Positions 8,298 to 18,889 of a DNA stretch of 64,000 nucleotides are shown piece after piece. The position numbers and the translations under genes are program-made. The notes below the pieces were generated by a model that did not search any database, was not told the origin of the DNA, and was given only the letters and a program-made list of their open reading frames with translations. Numbering within the stretch: position 1 is the stretch's first letter; the number at the start of each line of letters is the position of its first letter. Origin of the DNA: an uncultured Sutterella sp. (GTDB lineage Bacteria; Pseudomonadota; Gammaproteobacteria; Burkholderiales; Burkholderiaceae_F). Location of the stretch: contig CAJKAP010000008.1 in assembly GCA_905197905.1 (NCBI GenBank), positions 52,460 through 116,459 of the forward strand. Reading direction: 5' to 3'.

Positions 8298-8341
8298 GGT
8301 GTTGCGGAGTCGGATAATACGACTCCGCAACACCTTTTTTA
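8298..8341 (+). terminator. Rho-independent terminator after the protease gene
   Basis: A perfect 15-bp stem GGTGTTGCGGAGTCG / CGACTCCGCAACACC with a 7-nt loop is followed by TTTTTTA. Confidence 0.7.
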
Positions 8342-8520
8342 TTCACACAGAGAGGGAGCTTACGTCGCCTCACAAGATTCCTCATACGGTTCGCCAATTT
8401 TTCTAAAAACTGACGAACCGTATGGCATTTTGAAAAAGATAAAGAAAGGGGGCGTTACTAAAATCTGGAAAACCTGACTTTTGCAACACCCCCCTTTGTT
8501 ATTGAAGGCTAAAGATAGAA

Positions 8521-9321
8521 TTACTCATCCTCTTCTTCGTCCTTCGGCATATTGTCGATATCGTTCTGTGTTTTCCCGAAGAACTTCACTAACCAAATTC
8601 CAGTTTGGAAGAGGATGACTAAGGGCAATGCCAAGAGCAATTGCGAAAGCACATCTGGTGGAGTAAAGATAGCGGCCACCACAAAGGCGCCCACAATCAC
8701 AAACGGGCGGGCCTTCACAAGTTTTTCATAAGAAGCGAGACCCACATGATTCAAGACCATCACAACGATTGGTACTTCAAAGGTCAAGCCAAAGGCAAAG
8801 AACATCGATAGCACAAAGCTAAAGTACGAATCAATGTCTGGTGCAAAGTTCACGCTAGCTGGAGAGAATCCTGCGATGAACTGAAACACCATACGGAAAA
8901 CGATGAAGTAGCAATACGCCATACCTAAGGCAAACATCACAATGGATGAAACCAAAATAGGTAATGCTAAACGCTTTTCTCGGCGATAAAGGGCAGGGGC
9001 AATATAAGCCCAAGCCTGATAGAGCACATAAGGAAGCGCTATCAAGAAGGCCACAAAGAGCGTAACCTTCAGTGGCACCATAAATGGTGCCACCACACCC
9101 GTTGCAAGCAGCTTTACCCCTTGAGGCAAGGCCACCATCAACGGTTGACTCAAATAGTCAAAAATGGTTCTCATAAACGGCGATAACACCGCGAAAACCA
9201 CAATGACGGCAATTGCGGCACGCACAGTGCGATTGCGCAATTCAACCAGATGAGAAATGAGCGGCTGCTCATTCATCGGATCGTCCGGCATGTCTACGTC
9301 AGTTTTGTTATTGTCAGCCAT
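8521..9321 (-). CDS. tatC: Twin-arginine translocase subunit TatC
   Basis: The product has a multi-TM profile and the conserved LISHLVELRNR and FTPPD motifs. Confidence 0.95.
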   Translation of the reverse strand: MADNNKTDVDMPDDPMNEQPLISHLVELRNRTVRAAIAVIVVFAVLSPFMRTIFDYLSQPLMVALPQGVKLLATGVVAPFMVPLKVTLFVAFLIALPYVLYQAWAYIAPALYRREKRLALPILVSSIVMFALGMAYCYFIVFRMVFQFIAGFSPASVNFAPDIDSYFSFVLSMFFAFGLTFEVPIVVMVLNHVGLASYEKLVKARPFVIVGAFVVAAIFTPPDVLSQLLLALPLVILFQTGIWLVKFFGKTQNDIDNMPKDEEEDE

Positions 9322-9332
9322 CGTTTATCTCT

Positions 9333-9998
9333 TTAGCGATAAATACGAGCTCGATTGGAGCGCACACGAGCACCCAGGCGACGATTACTGCCGCCTAATT
9401 TCTGCTCACGCATACCCAACTCTCGGCGAAGACGTTCCACTTCGCGCGCTAACTCATCCACTGAAGGACCAGAACGATAGCGCTTGGGGAACACTTTGGG
9501 CTCTTTCCACTCATAAGTTGGGGTCGGTGCTTGAGGTTCTGCACCAGTCCACCCATAGAAATCCGCCAATTCCTCTTCACTTTGAGCGGACACCGTTGTC
9601 ACCGTATTTTCAGTGACGGAGTCACCAGTTATCGAATCGACTTCTTTTCCCATCTCTGAAAGCGATTTTTGAGCGGCGTCGACCGATTCATCAAGACTTG
9701 TCTTCGTTTCCGCGACAGTCTTCTCGAATTGGGAAGCGGATTTCTCGATATCGTTTGCAGACTTCTGCACCGTGCTCTTCACCTCATTGGCAAGCGCACG
9801 TGCCTGATCTTGGAGCTGTTTGAGCTCCGCAAAATCTGCTTCGCGGTTGATGTCTGACTTGACTTGGGAAACAAAACGCTGCGCCTTACCAATCCACTCG
9901 CCGGCTGTTTTAGCAACCGTCGGTAGTTTTTCAGGGCCTAGTACGACCAGCGCGACAACACCGACGACTAGCATTTCGCTAAAACCAAAATCGAACAT
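9333..9998 (-). CDS. tatB: Twin-arginine translocase subunit TatB (long C-terminal tail)
   Basis: The N-terminus is MFDFGFSEMLVVGVVALVVLGPEKLP, and the gene sits between tatA and tatC. Confidence 0.85.
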   Translation of the reverse strand: MFDFGFSEMLVVGVVALVVLGPEKLPTVAKTAGEWIGKAQRFVSQVKSDINREADFAELKQLQDQARALANEVKSTVQKSANDIEKSASQFEKTVAETKTSLDESVDAAQKSLSEMGKEVDSITGDSVTENTVTTVSAQSEEELADFYGWTGAEPQAPTPTYEWKEPKVFPKRYRSGPSVDELAREVERLRRELGMREQKLGGSNRRLGARVRSNRARIYR

Positions 9999-10018
9999 CT
10001 TTCTTTTCCAATACTGAA

Positions 10019-10051
10019 AAGCCGCGGTCAGTCATCCGACTGCCGCGGCTT
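10019..10051 (-). promoter_or_regulatory. Strong hairpin in the 155-nt tatA-tatB spacer
   Basis: On the mRNA strand, AAGCCGCGGCAGTC-GGAT-GACTGACCGCGGCTT forms about 14 bp with one bulge. TTCAGTATT follows. Confidence 0.4.
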
Positions 10052-10173
10052 GGTGTTGTGCCGCAGACCAACAAAAGCGATCAGCGATCCTTTTTCTTAT
10101 AGATAATGGGTGCTCGACACATTCACAAAGTACGCAAGGCGTCGGTTAGCTAACCGCGCACGGGCAATAAAAA

Positions 10174-10410
10174 TTAACCCTGAACCTTGTCTTTGTTTTC
10201 AGGCTCGGCAACCTTTTCGCTTGCTTCGGGCTTCTTGTCCTGAGCGATTTCTTTCTTAGCTTCTGGGGTATCAGCTTCAGCCATACCTTCCTTAAAGCCC
10301 TTGATAGCTCCACCCAAGTCTTTGCCCAAGTTCTTGAGTTTGCCAGTACCGAAAACCAAAACCACGATGGCCAAAACGATCAGCCAATGCCATACAGATA
10401 GGGATCCCAT
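10174..10410 (-). CDS. tatA: Twin-arginine translocase subunit TatA
   Basis: The N-terminus is [29 protein letters not shown]. Confidence 0.9.
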   Translation of the reverse strand: MGSLSVWHWLIVLAIVVLVFGTGKLKNLGKDLGGAIKGFKEGMAEADTPEAKKEIAQDKKPEASEKVAEPENKDKVQG

Positions 10411-10424
10411 AATTTACTCTCCGA

Positions 10425-10763
10425 TTATTTCCACGGTTGGGGACCGCCCAACACATGAACATGTAAATGATCGACTTCTTGACCACCATCGTGGCCAGTG
10501 TTGATGATGACACGGAAACCATTAAGCGCCCCTTCCTGGATTGCTAATTTACGTGTCAGAGATAGCATTTTACCTAAAAGCGGCGTATCAGCATCTTCAG
10601 CGTGAGCCAACGATGTAATGTGCTTCTTCGGAATAATGAGCAAATGCACCGGCGCCTTCGGATGAATGTCTTTAAAGGCAATCACTTCGTCGTCTTCATA
10701 GACTTTGGTCGCCGGGATTTCGCCACGAGCAATTTTACAGAACAAACAATCTTCAAGTTGCAT
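10425..10763 (-). CDS. HIT-family (histidine triad) nucleotide-binding protein
   Basis: The product has CLFCKIARGEIP and the HxHxHxx triad HLHVHVL. Confidence 0.9.
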   Translation of the reverse strand: MQLEDCLFCKIARGEIPATKVYEDDEVIAFKDIHPKAPVHLLIIPKKHITSLAHAEDADTPLLGKMLSLTRKLAIQEGALNGFRVIINTGHDGGQEVDHLHVHVLGGPQPWK

Positions 10764-10903
10764 GTCTACCTCTTTTCTTTTGTTCCAAAGCTAAAAAACT
10801 CATCGATCATGAGGTCTTTGACTTTTGGATATCTTTTAATCTTACCATTAGAGTGCATAGTGCACCACCTTCCAACAGAGGTGTTCCTATGAACTACTTT
10901 TTC

Positions 10904-11233
10904 TTAATCCTGGGGACGAGATGCTTTTTCGTCTAAACCAGAAAGCCCTTCACGTCGTGCCAATTCATTCAACACGTCCTTTGGGCTCAAATCATAATAA
11001 GAAAGCATTACGAGAGTATGAAACCAAAGGTCTGCGCACTCATAAATAATCTTTTTGGGGTCAGCGTCTTTCGCTGCCATCACCGTTTCGCATGCCTCTT
11101 CCCCCACCTTCTTGAGGAAACCATCGGGCCCCTTTTTGAAAAGTTTGGCGACATAAGACTTTTCTGGATCCATGCCCTTTCGCGATTCAATTACAGCGGC
11201 TAAGCGCTCCAACACATCTTCATTTTTATTCAC
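10904..11233 (-). CDS. hisE: Phosphoribosyl-ATP pyrophosphatase HisE
   Basis: The product contains [15 protein letters not shown]...SYVAKLF...[12 protein letters not shown] chose the GTG at 11233, which overlaps the hisI stop by 8 nt. The longer track ORF adds a non-homologous extension. Confidence 0.85.
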   Translation of the reverse strand: MNKNEDVLERLAAVIESRKGMDPEKSYVAKLFKKGPDGFLKKVGEEACETVMAAKDADPKKIIYECADLWFHTLVMLSYYDLSPKDVLNELARREGLSGLDEKASRPQD

Positions 11234-11615
11234 GATACATCTCCCTGGGATCCTTGAGTGGGTCAGAAGTAATTTTCCACGAACGATCTTCACTCTGAAG
11301 TGTTCGATAAAAACAACTGGCTCGTCCCGTATGACAAGCAATACCGCCCTTTTGGTGCACTTTGTAAAGCACAGCGTCGCCGTCGCAATCTAGCTGCACG
11401 CTCACGAGCACCTGTATGTTGCCTGATTCTTCACCTTTGCGCCATAGTTTCTGACGAGAGCGAGAAAAGTAAACCGCTCTTCCCGTCTCTGCTGTTTCTT
11501 CTAGGGCTTCTCTATTTGCCCAAGCAAGCATAAGCACTTTCCCAGACTCGGCATCTTGTGTCACAACTGGCACAAGGCCGCGATCGTCAAAAGCCACTTC
11601 ATCGAGCCAATTCAT
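11226..11615 (-). CDS. hisI: Phosphoribosyl-AMP cyclohydrolase HisI
   Basis: The product contains [26 protein letters not shown]...[10 protein letters not shown]. An ATG at 11615 has GAGGGG upstream. The track start at 11621 is a TTG. Confidence 0.9.
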   Translation of the reverse strand: MNWLDEVAFDDRGLVPVVTQDAESGKVLMLAWANREALEETAETGRAVYFSRSRQKLWRKGEESGNIQVLVSVQLDCDGDAVLYKVHQKGGIACHTGRASCFYRTLQSEDRSWKITSDPLKDPREMYRE

Positions 11616-11642
11616 TATCAAATGCCCCTCTAACTGTTTCAG

Positions 11643-12416
11643 TCAGTTAAGGCGCACAGGGATACCCTGTGCACGCATAAAGGTTTTCGCTTCCTGGATG
11701 GAATATTCTCCAAAGTGAAAGATCGAGGCTGCCAGAACCGCATCGGCGCCACCCCTGGTGACGCCCTCGGCCAAGTGCTTTAGATTTCCTACGCCACCTG
11801 AAGCAATCACGGGAATACTCACTGCGTCCGAAATCGTTCGAGTGAGTTCCAGATCAAAGCCAGCCTTCGTGCCATCGGCATCCATACTCGTGAGAAGAAT
11901 TTCGCCTGCGCCCAATGATTCGACTTTTTTGGCCCACTCGAGCGCATCGAGCCCAGTATTATCTCGTCCGGAACGCACATAAACGTCCCAACCCTTGCTC
12001 GGATCTTGACGATCGCGACGACGAGCATCGATTGCGCAAACAATGCACTGACTGCCGTAGAGGGATGCAGCCTCACCAATCAGATCTGGGTTCTGAATCC
12101 CTGCGGTATTGATCGAAATTTTGTCGGCGCCAGCGTTCAGGAGTTGACGAATATTACGCAACTCTCGAACGCCACCGCCCACCGTTAACGGAATAAAGAC
12201 TTGTTGTGCTACCTTTTCAATCACATGCAGAATCGTATCGCGTGCATCTAGGCTTGCGGTGATATCCAAAAATGTGATTTCATCGGCCCCCTCTTGGTCG
12301 TAGCGACGAGCAACCTCAACAGGGTCGCCCGCGTCTCGCAGATTGAGGAAGTTCACCCCTTTTACCACTCGGCCGTTATTAACGTCCAAGCAAGGGATAA
12401 TTCGTTTTGCCAACAT
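11643..12416 (-). CDS. hisF: Imidazole glycerol phosphate synthase cyclase subunit HisF
   Basis: The product starts with the canonical [12 protein letters not shown]. The ATG at 12416 has a GGAGG 4 nt upstream. Confidence 0.95.
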   Translation of the reverse strand: MLAKRIIPCLDVNNGRVVKGVNFLNLRDAGDPVEVARRYDQEGADEITFLDITASLDARDTILHVIEKVAQQVFIPLTVGGGVRELRNIRQLLNAGADKISINTAGIQNPDLIGEAASLYGSQCIVCAIDARRRDRQDPSKGWDVYVRSGRDNTGLDALEWAKKVESLGAGEILLTSMDADGTKAGFDLELTRTISDAVSIPVIASGGVGNLKHLAEGVTRGGADAVLAASIFHFGEYSIQEAKTFMRAQGIPVRLN

Positions 12417-12465
12417 AAGTCCTCCCATTTGAGGGTCGACTTCGGTAGAGGGCTTTCCACTCTAC

Positions 12466-13206
12466 TTAGTCGTTTTCTTCAACAAGTGCCAGGGCTTCTT
12501 TGAAGTCCAAGGTGCCTTCATAGAGGGAACGACCCAAAATGGCACCCATAATCCCCGAAGATTCCACTTCTAAAAGTCGTTTAATGTCGTTGATATCGCG
12601 AATGCCACCTGAAGCGATCACAGGCACGCTCACAGCTTCTGCAAGAGCGACCGTGGCTTCAATGTTGCATCCCGTGAGCATACCGTCACGAGCAATATCG
12701 GTATAGAGGAAAGCCTCAACGCCGTAGTCCTCAAATTTCTTAGCTAAGTCAATCACGCTATTGCCAGTCACAGACTGCCAACCGTCGGTTGCGACTTTGC
12801 CGTCTTTGCCATCTAAGGCCACTATGATTTGACCACCGAAATTAGAGCAAGCGTCATGCAAGAAGCCTGGACGCTTAATGGCTGCCGTCCCAATGACCGC
12901 ATAATCAATCCCAGCATCGATGTAGCGTTCGAGCTGTTCAAGGCTGCGCAATCCACCGCCCAACTCGATGTCCATCTCATCACGCACCTCCTCAACGATT
13001 TCTCGAATAAGAGCGGCGTTCACTGGTTTACCTGTTGCTGCGCCATCTAAGTCCACAATATGCAACGATTCTGCACCCTGATCCGCCCACTGACGGGCGA
13101 TAGCGACTGGGTCGGAAGAATAGACGGTGATATTGTTTTTCAAATCCCCCTGTTGGAGGCGGACGCATTGTCCGTTTTTGATATCAATCGCTGGAATTAA
13201 CAACAT
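12466..13206 (-). CDS. hisA: ProFAR isomerase HisA
   Basis: The N-terminus is [21 protein letters not shown], and operon position supports the call. Confidence 0.95.
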   Translation of the reverse strand: MLLIPAIDIKNGQCVRLQQGDLKNNITVYSSDPVAIARQWADQGAESLHIVDLDGAATGKPVNAALIREIVEEVRDEMDIELGGGLRSLEQLERYIDAGIDYAVIGTAAIKRPGFLHDACSNFGGQIIVALDGKDGKVATDGWQSVTGNSVIDLAKKFEDYGVEAFLYTDIARDGMLTGCNIEATVALAEAVSVPVIASGGIRDINDIKRLLEVESSGIMGAILGRSLYEGTLDFKEALALVEEND

Positions 13207-13257
13207 CGCGATCAGCCTTTATTTGCTTATAACTCCGTTAAACACCCTGAGAAAAAA

Positions 13258-13893
13258 CTAGGGTGTCCAAGTAACAAAATTCCGGAAGAGTTTTAAGCCA
13301 CATTCGGCACTCTTTTCCGGGTGAAACTGCGTGGCAAAAACATTGTCTCGAGCCACCGCACTGGTGAAATCAAAACCATAGTTTGTGCACGCCGCACAAA
13401 GTGTACCCTCTGCGGGCTCAACATAGTAGCTGTGCACAAAATAAAACCACGCATCTTCGGGTATACCCTGCCATAAAGGATGAGGTTGAGATGCTTTTAC
13501 GCTATTCCAACCCATCTGTGGTACCTTCAGACGCACACCGTTTTCTTGCATATTGGTAGGAAAACGTTTCACTCGTCCCGGATAGATCCCCAAACCAGCA
13601 ATATTACCCTCTTCCGAGAAGTCAAAGAGCATTTGTAGCCCAATACAAATCGCTAAAACAGGTTTTGTCTTTAACACTGTGCGCACAGCTCTTTCCAAAC
13701 CGCTCTCGAACAAATTTTTCATGCAGTCTGGCATTGCTCCTTGACCTGGAAAAATCACTCGGTCTGCCGCTAAAACCGCAACAGGGTCATTGCTAATGGT
13801 GATTTCCGCGTTAAGATCACGCGTCGCGTAAGCGGCAGCACGCTTGACACTGTGCAAATTGCCACTACCATAATCAACGATGACGAGTTTCAT
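13258..13893 (-). CDS. hisH: Imidazole glycerol phosphate synthase glutaminase subunit HisH
   Basis: The product contains [24 protein letters not shown] and FHPEKS. Confidence 0.95.
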   Translation of the reverse strand: MKLVIVDYGSGNLHSVKRAAAYATRDLNAEITISNDPVAVLAADRVIFPGQGAMPDCMKNLFESGLERAVRTVLKTKPVLAICIGLQMLFDFSEEGNIAGLGIYPGRVKRFPTNMQENGVRLKVPQMGWNSVKASQPHPLWQGIPEDAWFYFVHSYYVEPAEGTLCAACTNYGFDFTSAVARDNVFATQFHPEKSAECGLKLFRNFVTWTP

Positions 13894-14534
13894 AGCACAC
13901 CTTTCGTGGAAGGAATGGCACTGAGTGCGCGTTCATCATAAGAAACAGCCATACGCAGAGCGCGACCAAAAGCCTTAAAAAGGCTCTCAGCCTGGTGATG
14001 TGCATTCAAGCCTTCTAGGTTATCCATATGAAGCGTAATACCTGCCGCATTGACAAACCCTTGGAAAAATTCACGCACAAGCTCAGTGTCCATTTCACCC
14101 AAATAAGGACGTGTGAAATTACAACGGAAAAAAAGTCCAGGGCGTCCGGAGCAGTCAATCACCACACGACTTAATGCCTCATCAAGGGGGACATAACTGT
14201 GTCCATAACGAGTAATGCCTTGTTTATTGCCCAACGCGGCTTTTAGTGCAGTACCGAGTGCAATCCCAGTATCTTCCACCAGATGGTGTGCATCGACGTG
14301 AGTGTCGCCTTTGGCTACAATTTTGAGGCCGACAAGCCCATGGCGAGCGATCTGCTCAAGCATATGGTCAAAGAAACCGACTCCAGTGCTAATCTCAGAA
14401 GAAAAGCTATCCAAATTGAGAGCGAGCGAAATTTGGGTTTCTTTCGTGACACGATTCACTTCAGCCACGCGGTCTTCTCTCGGTTCCATAAGTCTTCCTT
14501 TGTATGATGGAGTTTCAGCGGAGGAGCCGATCAT
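13890..14534 (-). CDS. hisB: Imidazoleglycerol-phosphate dehydratase HisB
   Basis: The product contains [28 protein letters not shown] and AHHQAES. There are two plausible starts, each with a Shine-Dalgarno sequence. ATG 14534 follows AGGAG, and ATG 14489 follows AAGGAAG and gives the more typical length of 199 aa. Confidence 0.9.
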   Translation of the reverse strand: MIGSSAETPSYKGRLMEPREDRVAEVNRVTKETQISLALNLDSFSSEISTGVGFFDHMLEQIARHGLVGLKIVAKGDTHVDAHHLVEDTGIALGTALKAALGNKQGITRYGHSYVPLDEALSRVVIDCSGRPGLFFRCNFTRPYLGEMDTELVREFFQGFVNAAGITLHMDNLEGLNAHHQAESLFKAFGRALRMAVSYDERALSAIPSTKGVL

Positions 14535-14571
14535 TACAGCTCCTTCCGCTTGTTTTTTGCGTCTCTTTCGG

Positions 14572-15870
14572 TTATTTCTTTAGGCGATAACGAGCCGATT
14601 CAGAGTGGGCAATGAGCGATTCGCCCTGCGCCAAAGTCGAAGCGATACGGCCCAAAACTTCAACCCCTTCTTCCGAAACAAGCAGCATCGAGGTGCGCTT
14701 CTGGAAGTCATAAACTCCTAAGGGCGAGCTGAATCGCGCCGTACGAGACGTGGGCAACACATGGTTCGGTCCAGCACAGTAGTCACCCAATGCCTCAGAA
14801 GTGAAGCGACCCAAGAAAAGTGCACCAGCGTGGTGAATCTTTGTAGCCCAGTATTCAGGATCATCCACCGATAATTCCAAGTGTTCCGGTGCAATACGAT
14901 CCGCAACGGCGCAAGCTTCCTCCAAATCCTTGGTGACAATAATGGCACCACGATTTTTCAAACTTTTCTCGATGATGCCTTTACGCGGCATCAAGGGGAG
15001 TTGACGCTCAATCGAAGCCTGAACTGCGGAGGCAAACTCAGCATCTGGCGTGAGCAAAATGGCCTGCGCCAACTCGTCGTGCTCTGCCTGGCTAAAGAGG
15101 TCCATCGCAATCCAATCGGGGTTTGTCTTACCGTCGCAAATGATCAAAATTTCAGAGGGGCCAGCGATCATGTCAATGCCCACACGCCCAAATACGTAGC
15201 GCTTGGCAGCTGCTACATAGGCGTTACCTGGACCCACGATCTTGTCAACACTAGGAATAGTCTTCGTGCCATAAGCAAGAGCAGCTACAGCCTGTGCTCC
15301 ACCAATTGCCCAAGCACGTGTCACGCCTGAAAGGCTTGCTGCGGCCAACACAAGGGGATTTTTTTCACCACCTGGCGTCGGGACTACCATTTCGATATGC
15401 TTCACACCAGCAACTTTTGCAGGCATAGCATTCATCAACACAGAACTTGGATACGCAGCCTTGCCACCAGGAACATAAAGACCAACTGAGTCAATTGGCG
15501 TCACACGGAGGCCTAGCTTGTTACCCAGTTTATCGGTGACTGAGAAGCTCTCAAGTCTTTCATTTTCATGGAATTCACGAATACGATCTGCAGCAGCAAT
15601 CAGTGCTTCACGCTGGTCAACAGGCAAAGAATCTAGTGCTGCGCGCATTTCTTCTGCCGTAATGAGCAACTCATCCATGGAGTTCACAGACATACGGTCA
15701 AAACGATTCGTGTATTCCAACACTGCTTCATCACCACGGGCACGCACGTCTTGGACAATCGCTTCTGCGCGGCGAGTAATGTCCACATCAACGCTAGCGT
15801 CCACGGCTACGAGCTCTTCGAATTCCTTAATGAAATCACTATTTGCGGTATTTAACTGGCGTACAAACAT
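14572..15870 (-). CDS. hisD: Histidinol dehydrogenase HisD
   Basis: The 432-aa product contains GLYVPGG, QAEHD and HVLPT. Confidence 0.95.
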   Translation of the reverse strand: MFVRQLNTANSDFIKEFEELVAVDASVDVDITRRAEAIVQDVRARGDEAVLEYTNRFDRMSVNSMDELLITAEEMRAALDSLPVDQREALIAAADRIREFHENERLESFSVTDKLGNKLGLRVTPIDSVGLYVPGGKAAYPSSVLMNAMPAKVAGVKHIEMVVPTPGGEKNPLVLAAASLSGVTRAWAIGGAQAVAALAYGTKTIPSVDKIVGPGNAYVAAAKRYVFGRVGIDMIAGPSEILIICDGKTNPDWIAMDLFSQAEHDELAQAILLTPDAEFASAVQASIERQLPLMPRKGIIEKSLKNRGAIIVTKDLEEACAVADRIAPEHLELSVDDPEYWATKIHHAGALFLGRFTSEALGDYCAGPNHVLPTSRTARFSSPLGVYDFQKRTSMLLVSEEGVEVLGRIASTLAQGESLIAHSESARYRLKK

Positions 15871-16012
15871 AGCACTCTACCTCAATGATTAAAAATCAAA
15901 AAACAATAAAAAAGGGGTACGTGTGATAGTGAGCTGCCCTCTCAAAGATAGTCCGTTATTGAGAATCATAGGACAGTCTTGGAAACTCAGCACAATCGGG
16001 TGGGGGATTTTC

Positions 16013-16654
16013 TTAGCACGCCTCAACGGCGTGTCGAATCGCTCGAACGATGGGGTCAATATCGGCTCGTTTGGTCTTCATCGATGCCTGATTGACAATA
16101 AAGCGAGAAGAAATCGGTGAAATGGTCAAAACTTCTTTCATGTTGTTCGCACGAAGCGTTGCACCCGTGCTCACAAGGTCAACAATGGCATCGGCTAAGC
16201 CCGCAATCGGGGCCAACTCCATCGAACCATAAAGTTTAATAAGGTCAACGTGCACACCCTGTGCAGCAAAGTAGTCGCGACTCCACTTCAAATATTTAGT
16301 CGCAATGCGCAAACGTGATCCACGACGCACGCTCTTTTCGTAGTCGAACCCTTCGGGTGCCGCAACGCACATACGACAACGAGCAATCTGCAAATCAATA
16401 GGCACATAAAGCCCCTCACCTCCGTGCTCGTAGAGTGTGTCCCACCCGACAATACCAAGGTCTGCCGCGCCATACTGTACATAAGTAGGTACGTCCGTCG
16501 CGCGGACCACCACAATACGGAGATCCTCGCGATTCGTCCCAATCATCAGCTTGCGAGACTCGGAGGGGTTTTCTAAGGGCACAATACCCGCTGCGGCAAG
16601 AAAAGGCAAAGCCTCCTCAAAAATGCGTCCTTTAGATAGTGCTAGAGTGATCAA
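16013..16654 (-). CDS. hisG: ATP phosphoribosyltransferase HisG (short form)
   Basis: The product starts [16 protein letters not shown]. The only available start is a TTG, which overlaps the murA TGA as TTGA. Confidence 0.9.
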   Translation of the reverse strand: MITLALSKGRIFEEALPFLAAAGIVPLENPSESRKLMIGTNREDLRIVVVRATDVPTYVQYGAADLGIVGWDTLYEHGGEGLYVPIDLQIARCRMCVAAPEGFDYEKSVRRGSRLRIATKYLKWSRDYFAAQGVHVDLIKLYGSMELAPIAGLADAIVDLVSTGATLRANNMKEVLTISPISSRFIVNQASMKTKRADIDPIVRAIRHAVEAC

Positions 16655-17904
16655 GAATGAATCCTCACTATATTCGCACCGAGTTGGCGAAGCTTGAGTT
16701 CCATCGACTCATAGCCACGATCCAAATGGTAGATGCGATCAACGATACTTTCACCTTCAGCTGCAAGAGCCGCCATCACCAAAGAAGCTGATGCACGAAG
16801 ATCTGTTGCCATTATAGTAGCACCAGTTAACCGTTCTACGCCTTGGACAATTGCAGTAGGTCCTTCGATCTGGATCTGTGCTCCAAGTCTTAATAGCTCA
16901 GAAACATGCATAAAACGATTTTCAAAAATCGTCTCCGTGATACGAGCCGTTCCGTCTGCCAAACAATTGAGCGTCATAATCTGCGCTTGCATATCAGTGG
17001 GAAAGCCCGGATAAGGATCCGTGCGGACAGAGACCGCCTTCGGGCGTCCCTTCATCTGCACACGAACCCAGTCGTTGCCGATATCGAGCTGTACGCCCGC
17101 TTCTTTAAGCTTATCGAGCACCGCGGTCATGTGAGTAGGCTCGCAGTGCGTTACCAACACATCACCTTGCGTGAGTGCTGCGGCCACAAAGAAGCTACCC
17201 GCTTCAATACGATCAGCCACAACTGTGTGCTCTGCGCCGTGCAATGTCTTCACCCCTTGAACACGAATTTCCGAAGAGCCTTCGCCTTCAATTTGAGCGC
17301 CCATCGCGCGCAAACACTTCGCTAAATCGATAACTTCAGGTTCTCGAGCCGCGTTGTCGATGATGGTTTCACCTTCGGCTAACACCGCTGCCATCAATAA
17401 ATTTTCTGTCCCCGTCACCGTGACCATGTCCGTAAAAAGGCGAGTCCCCTGCAAGCGAGTGGCTGTTGCGTTGATATAACCGTGTTCAATTTCAACATTA
17501 GCGCCCAACTGACGCAAACCTTTGATGTGTTGATCAACTGGGCGAGCACCAATTGCACAGCCTCCTGGTAAACTCACCTCTGCGCTACCAAAACGCGCTA
17601 CGAGTGGGCAAAGCGTCAGAATCGACGCACGCATCGTCTTCACTAACTCATATGGAGCCTTCGTGCTGGTGATGTTGCCAGCATTCAAACGCACCGTGGT
17701 ACCTTCACGCTCAACCTTGACGCCCATGCATTCAAGCAACTTGATCATGGTGCGCACATCAGAGAGATCTGGCACGTTATGCAAAACCAAGTCTTCTGCC
17801 GTTAAAAGTGACGCTGCTAAAATCGGCAAAGCGGCATTTTTGGCACCAGAGACACGAACCTCACCAACTAGGCGCTGGCCACCAATAATTTTGAGTTGTT
17901 CCAT
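16651..17904 (-). CDS. murA: UDP-N-acetylglucosamine 1-carboxyvinyltransferase MurA
   Basis: The product starts [29 protein letters not shown]. The ATG at 17904 has an AAGGAA upstream. The track ORF start at 17973 would overlap the upstream gene. Confidence 0.95.
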   Translation of the reverse strand: MEQLKIIGGQRLVGEVRVSGAKNAALPILAASLLTAEDLVLHNVPDLSDVRTMIKLLECMGVKVEREGTTVRLNAGNITSTKAPYELVKTMRASILTLCPLVARFGSAEVSLPGGCAIGARPVDQHIKGLRQLGANVEIEHGYINATATRLQGTRLFTDMVTVTGTENLLMAAVLAEGETIIDNAAREPEVIDLAKCLRAMGAQIEGEGSSEIRVQGVKTLHGAEHTVVADRIEAGSFFVAAALTQGDVLVTHCEPTHMTAVLDKLKEAGVQLDIGNDWVRVQMKGRPKAVSVRTDPYPGFPTDMQAQIMTLNCLADGTARITETIFENRFMHVSELLRLGAQIQIEGPTAIVQGVERLTGATIMATDLRASASLVMAALAAEGESIVDRIYHLDRGYESMELKLRQLGANIVRIHS

Positions 17905-17911
17905 AGATTCC

Positions 17912-18202
17912 TTACTCGCTTGATTGAGAGTTAGTTGACTGGAGCGTTTCGGAGAGAACGTCCTCCAACCCATAAAGCATTACCAGTTCGTCGTAACTCT
18001 CTGGCAAGTTTTCACATTTAAGCGTCAAACCTAAAGTTTGTGCTTGACGCTTAGCATAAAGAAGCAAAGCCACGGCGGTGCTATCGACGCGTTCAACTTG
18101 GCCGAAATCGAGCACAGTATCCCCTTGACGCAACGCTTCTGCTACGTCACGTTGCACTTCAGGGTACTCTTCAAACGTCAACTGCTTAACGATTAGTCGC
18201 AT
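17912..18202 (-). CDS. mlaB: STAS-domain protein, MlaB-like
   Basis: The 96-aa product has a STAS-like segment ([19 protein letters not shown]) and sits at the end of the mla cluster. Confidence 0.7.
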   Translation of the reverse strand: MRLIVKQLTFEEYPEVQRDVAEALRQGDTVLDFGQVERVDSTAVALLLYAKRQAQTLGLTLKCENLPESYDELVMLYGLEDVLSETLQSTNSQSSE

Positions 18203-18217
18203 GCGTTGTCCTACTTC

Positions 18218-18847
18218 TTACTTTCCAGAGTTTTCTACGCGAGCTTTGAGTTCGCGAATGAGACCGTCGATGCCTTCCTGATTGAGCGTGCTACTAAATT
18301 GGCTACGGTAGTTTTCAACCATCCAAACACCTTCCACATTCACGTCGACGATCTTCCAGTCGCCCTGCTTATTGCGGTAGATACGGTAATCCATGCCAAT
18401 CGGATTTTGCGTAGCAGACTTCAACTGCGTGCGAATAACCATTTCATCCTGCACTTTGTTATTTCGCGTAGGCAGGAGCTCTGCCGTATGATCACCCACC
18501 TTGCTCAAAGCACCAGAGTAAACGCGAATCAACAACTCACGGAAGTTATCCTGTAAGGCCTGACGCTGTTCTGGAGTTGCCTGACGCCACTTCGGACCCA
18601 CGGTCATACGCGTCATCATCGTGAAGTCGACGTTAGGGAGAATCACCTCATCAACGAGCTTATTAATAGCTTTTAGCTCGCCTTTTTTGAGGGACTCATC
18701 GCTCTTGATACGGTCGAGCACTTGATTGCTCATCTGAAGGACCCACTGAAACGGATCTTCATCTTTGGCGTAAACCCAAGCTGGCAAAGCGACCGTTAAC
18801 GTCAACGTGCCAACAGCTTTTAAGAGATCTCTACGAGTTGCAATCAT
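18218..18847 (-). CDS. mlaC: Phospholipid-binding periplasmic protein MlaC (Ttg2D family)
   Basis: Cluster position and length (209 aa) support the call. The N-terminus MIATRRDLLKAVGTLTLTVALPAWVYA looks like a twin-arginine signal peptide. Confidence 0.85.
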   Translation of the reverse strand: MIATRRDLLKAVGTLTLTVALPAWVYAKDEDPFQWVLQMSNQVLDRIKSDESLKKGELKAINKLVDEVILPNVDFTMMTRMTVGPKWRQATPEQRQALQDNFRELLIRVYSGALSKVGDHTAELLPTRNNKVQDEMVIRTQLKSATQNPIGMDYRIYRNKQGDWKIVDVNVEGVWMVENYRSQFSSTLNQEGIDGLIRELKARVENSGK

Positions 18848-18889
18848 CTGTATTTTTCCTTTTATTTCGAGCCCACAAACTGAAGACTC

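Noticed and set aside
10764-10903. Possible terminator CTCAT-N5-ATGAG plus TTTTTT between hisE and the HIT-family gene
   Set aside because: The stem is only 5 bp and A/T-rich, which is too weak to call with confidence.
15871-16012. 142-bp hisG-hisD spacer, and the murA/hisG junction, examined for a histidine leader peptide or attenuator (His-codon run)
   Set aside because: I found no run of His codons and no leader ORF. hisG overlaps murA directly, so a classical his attenuator is not present.
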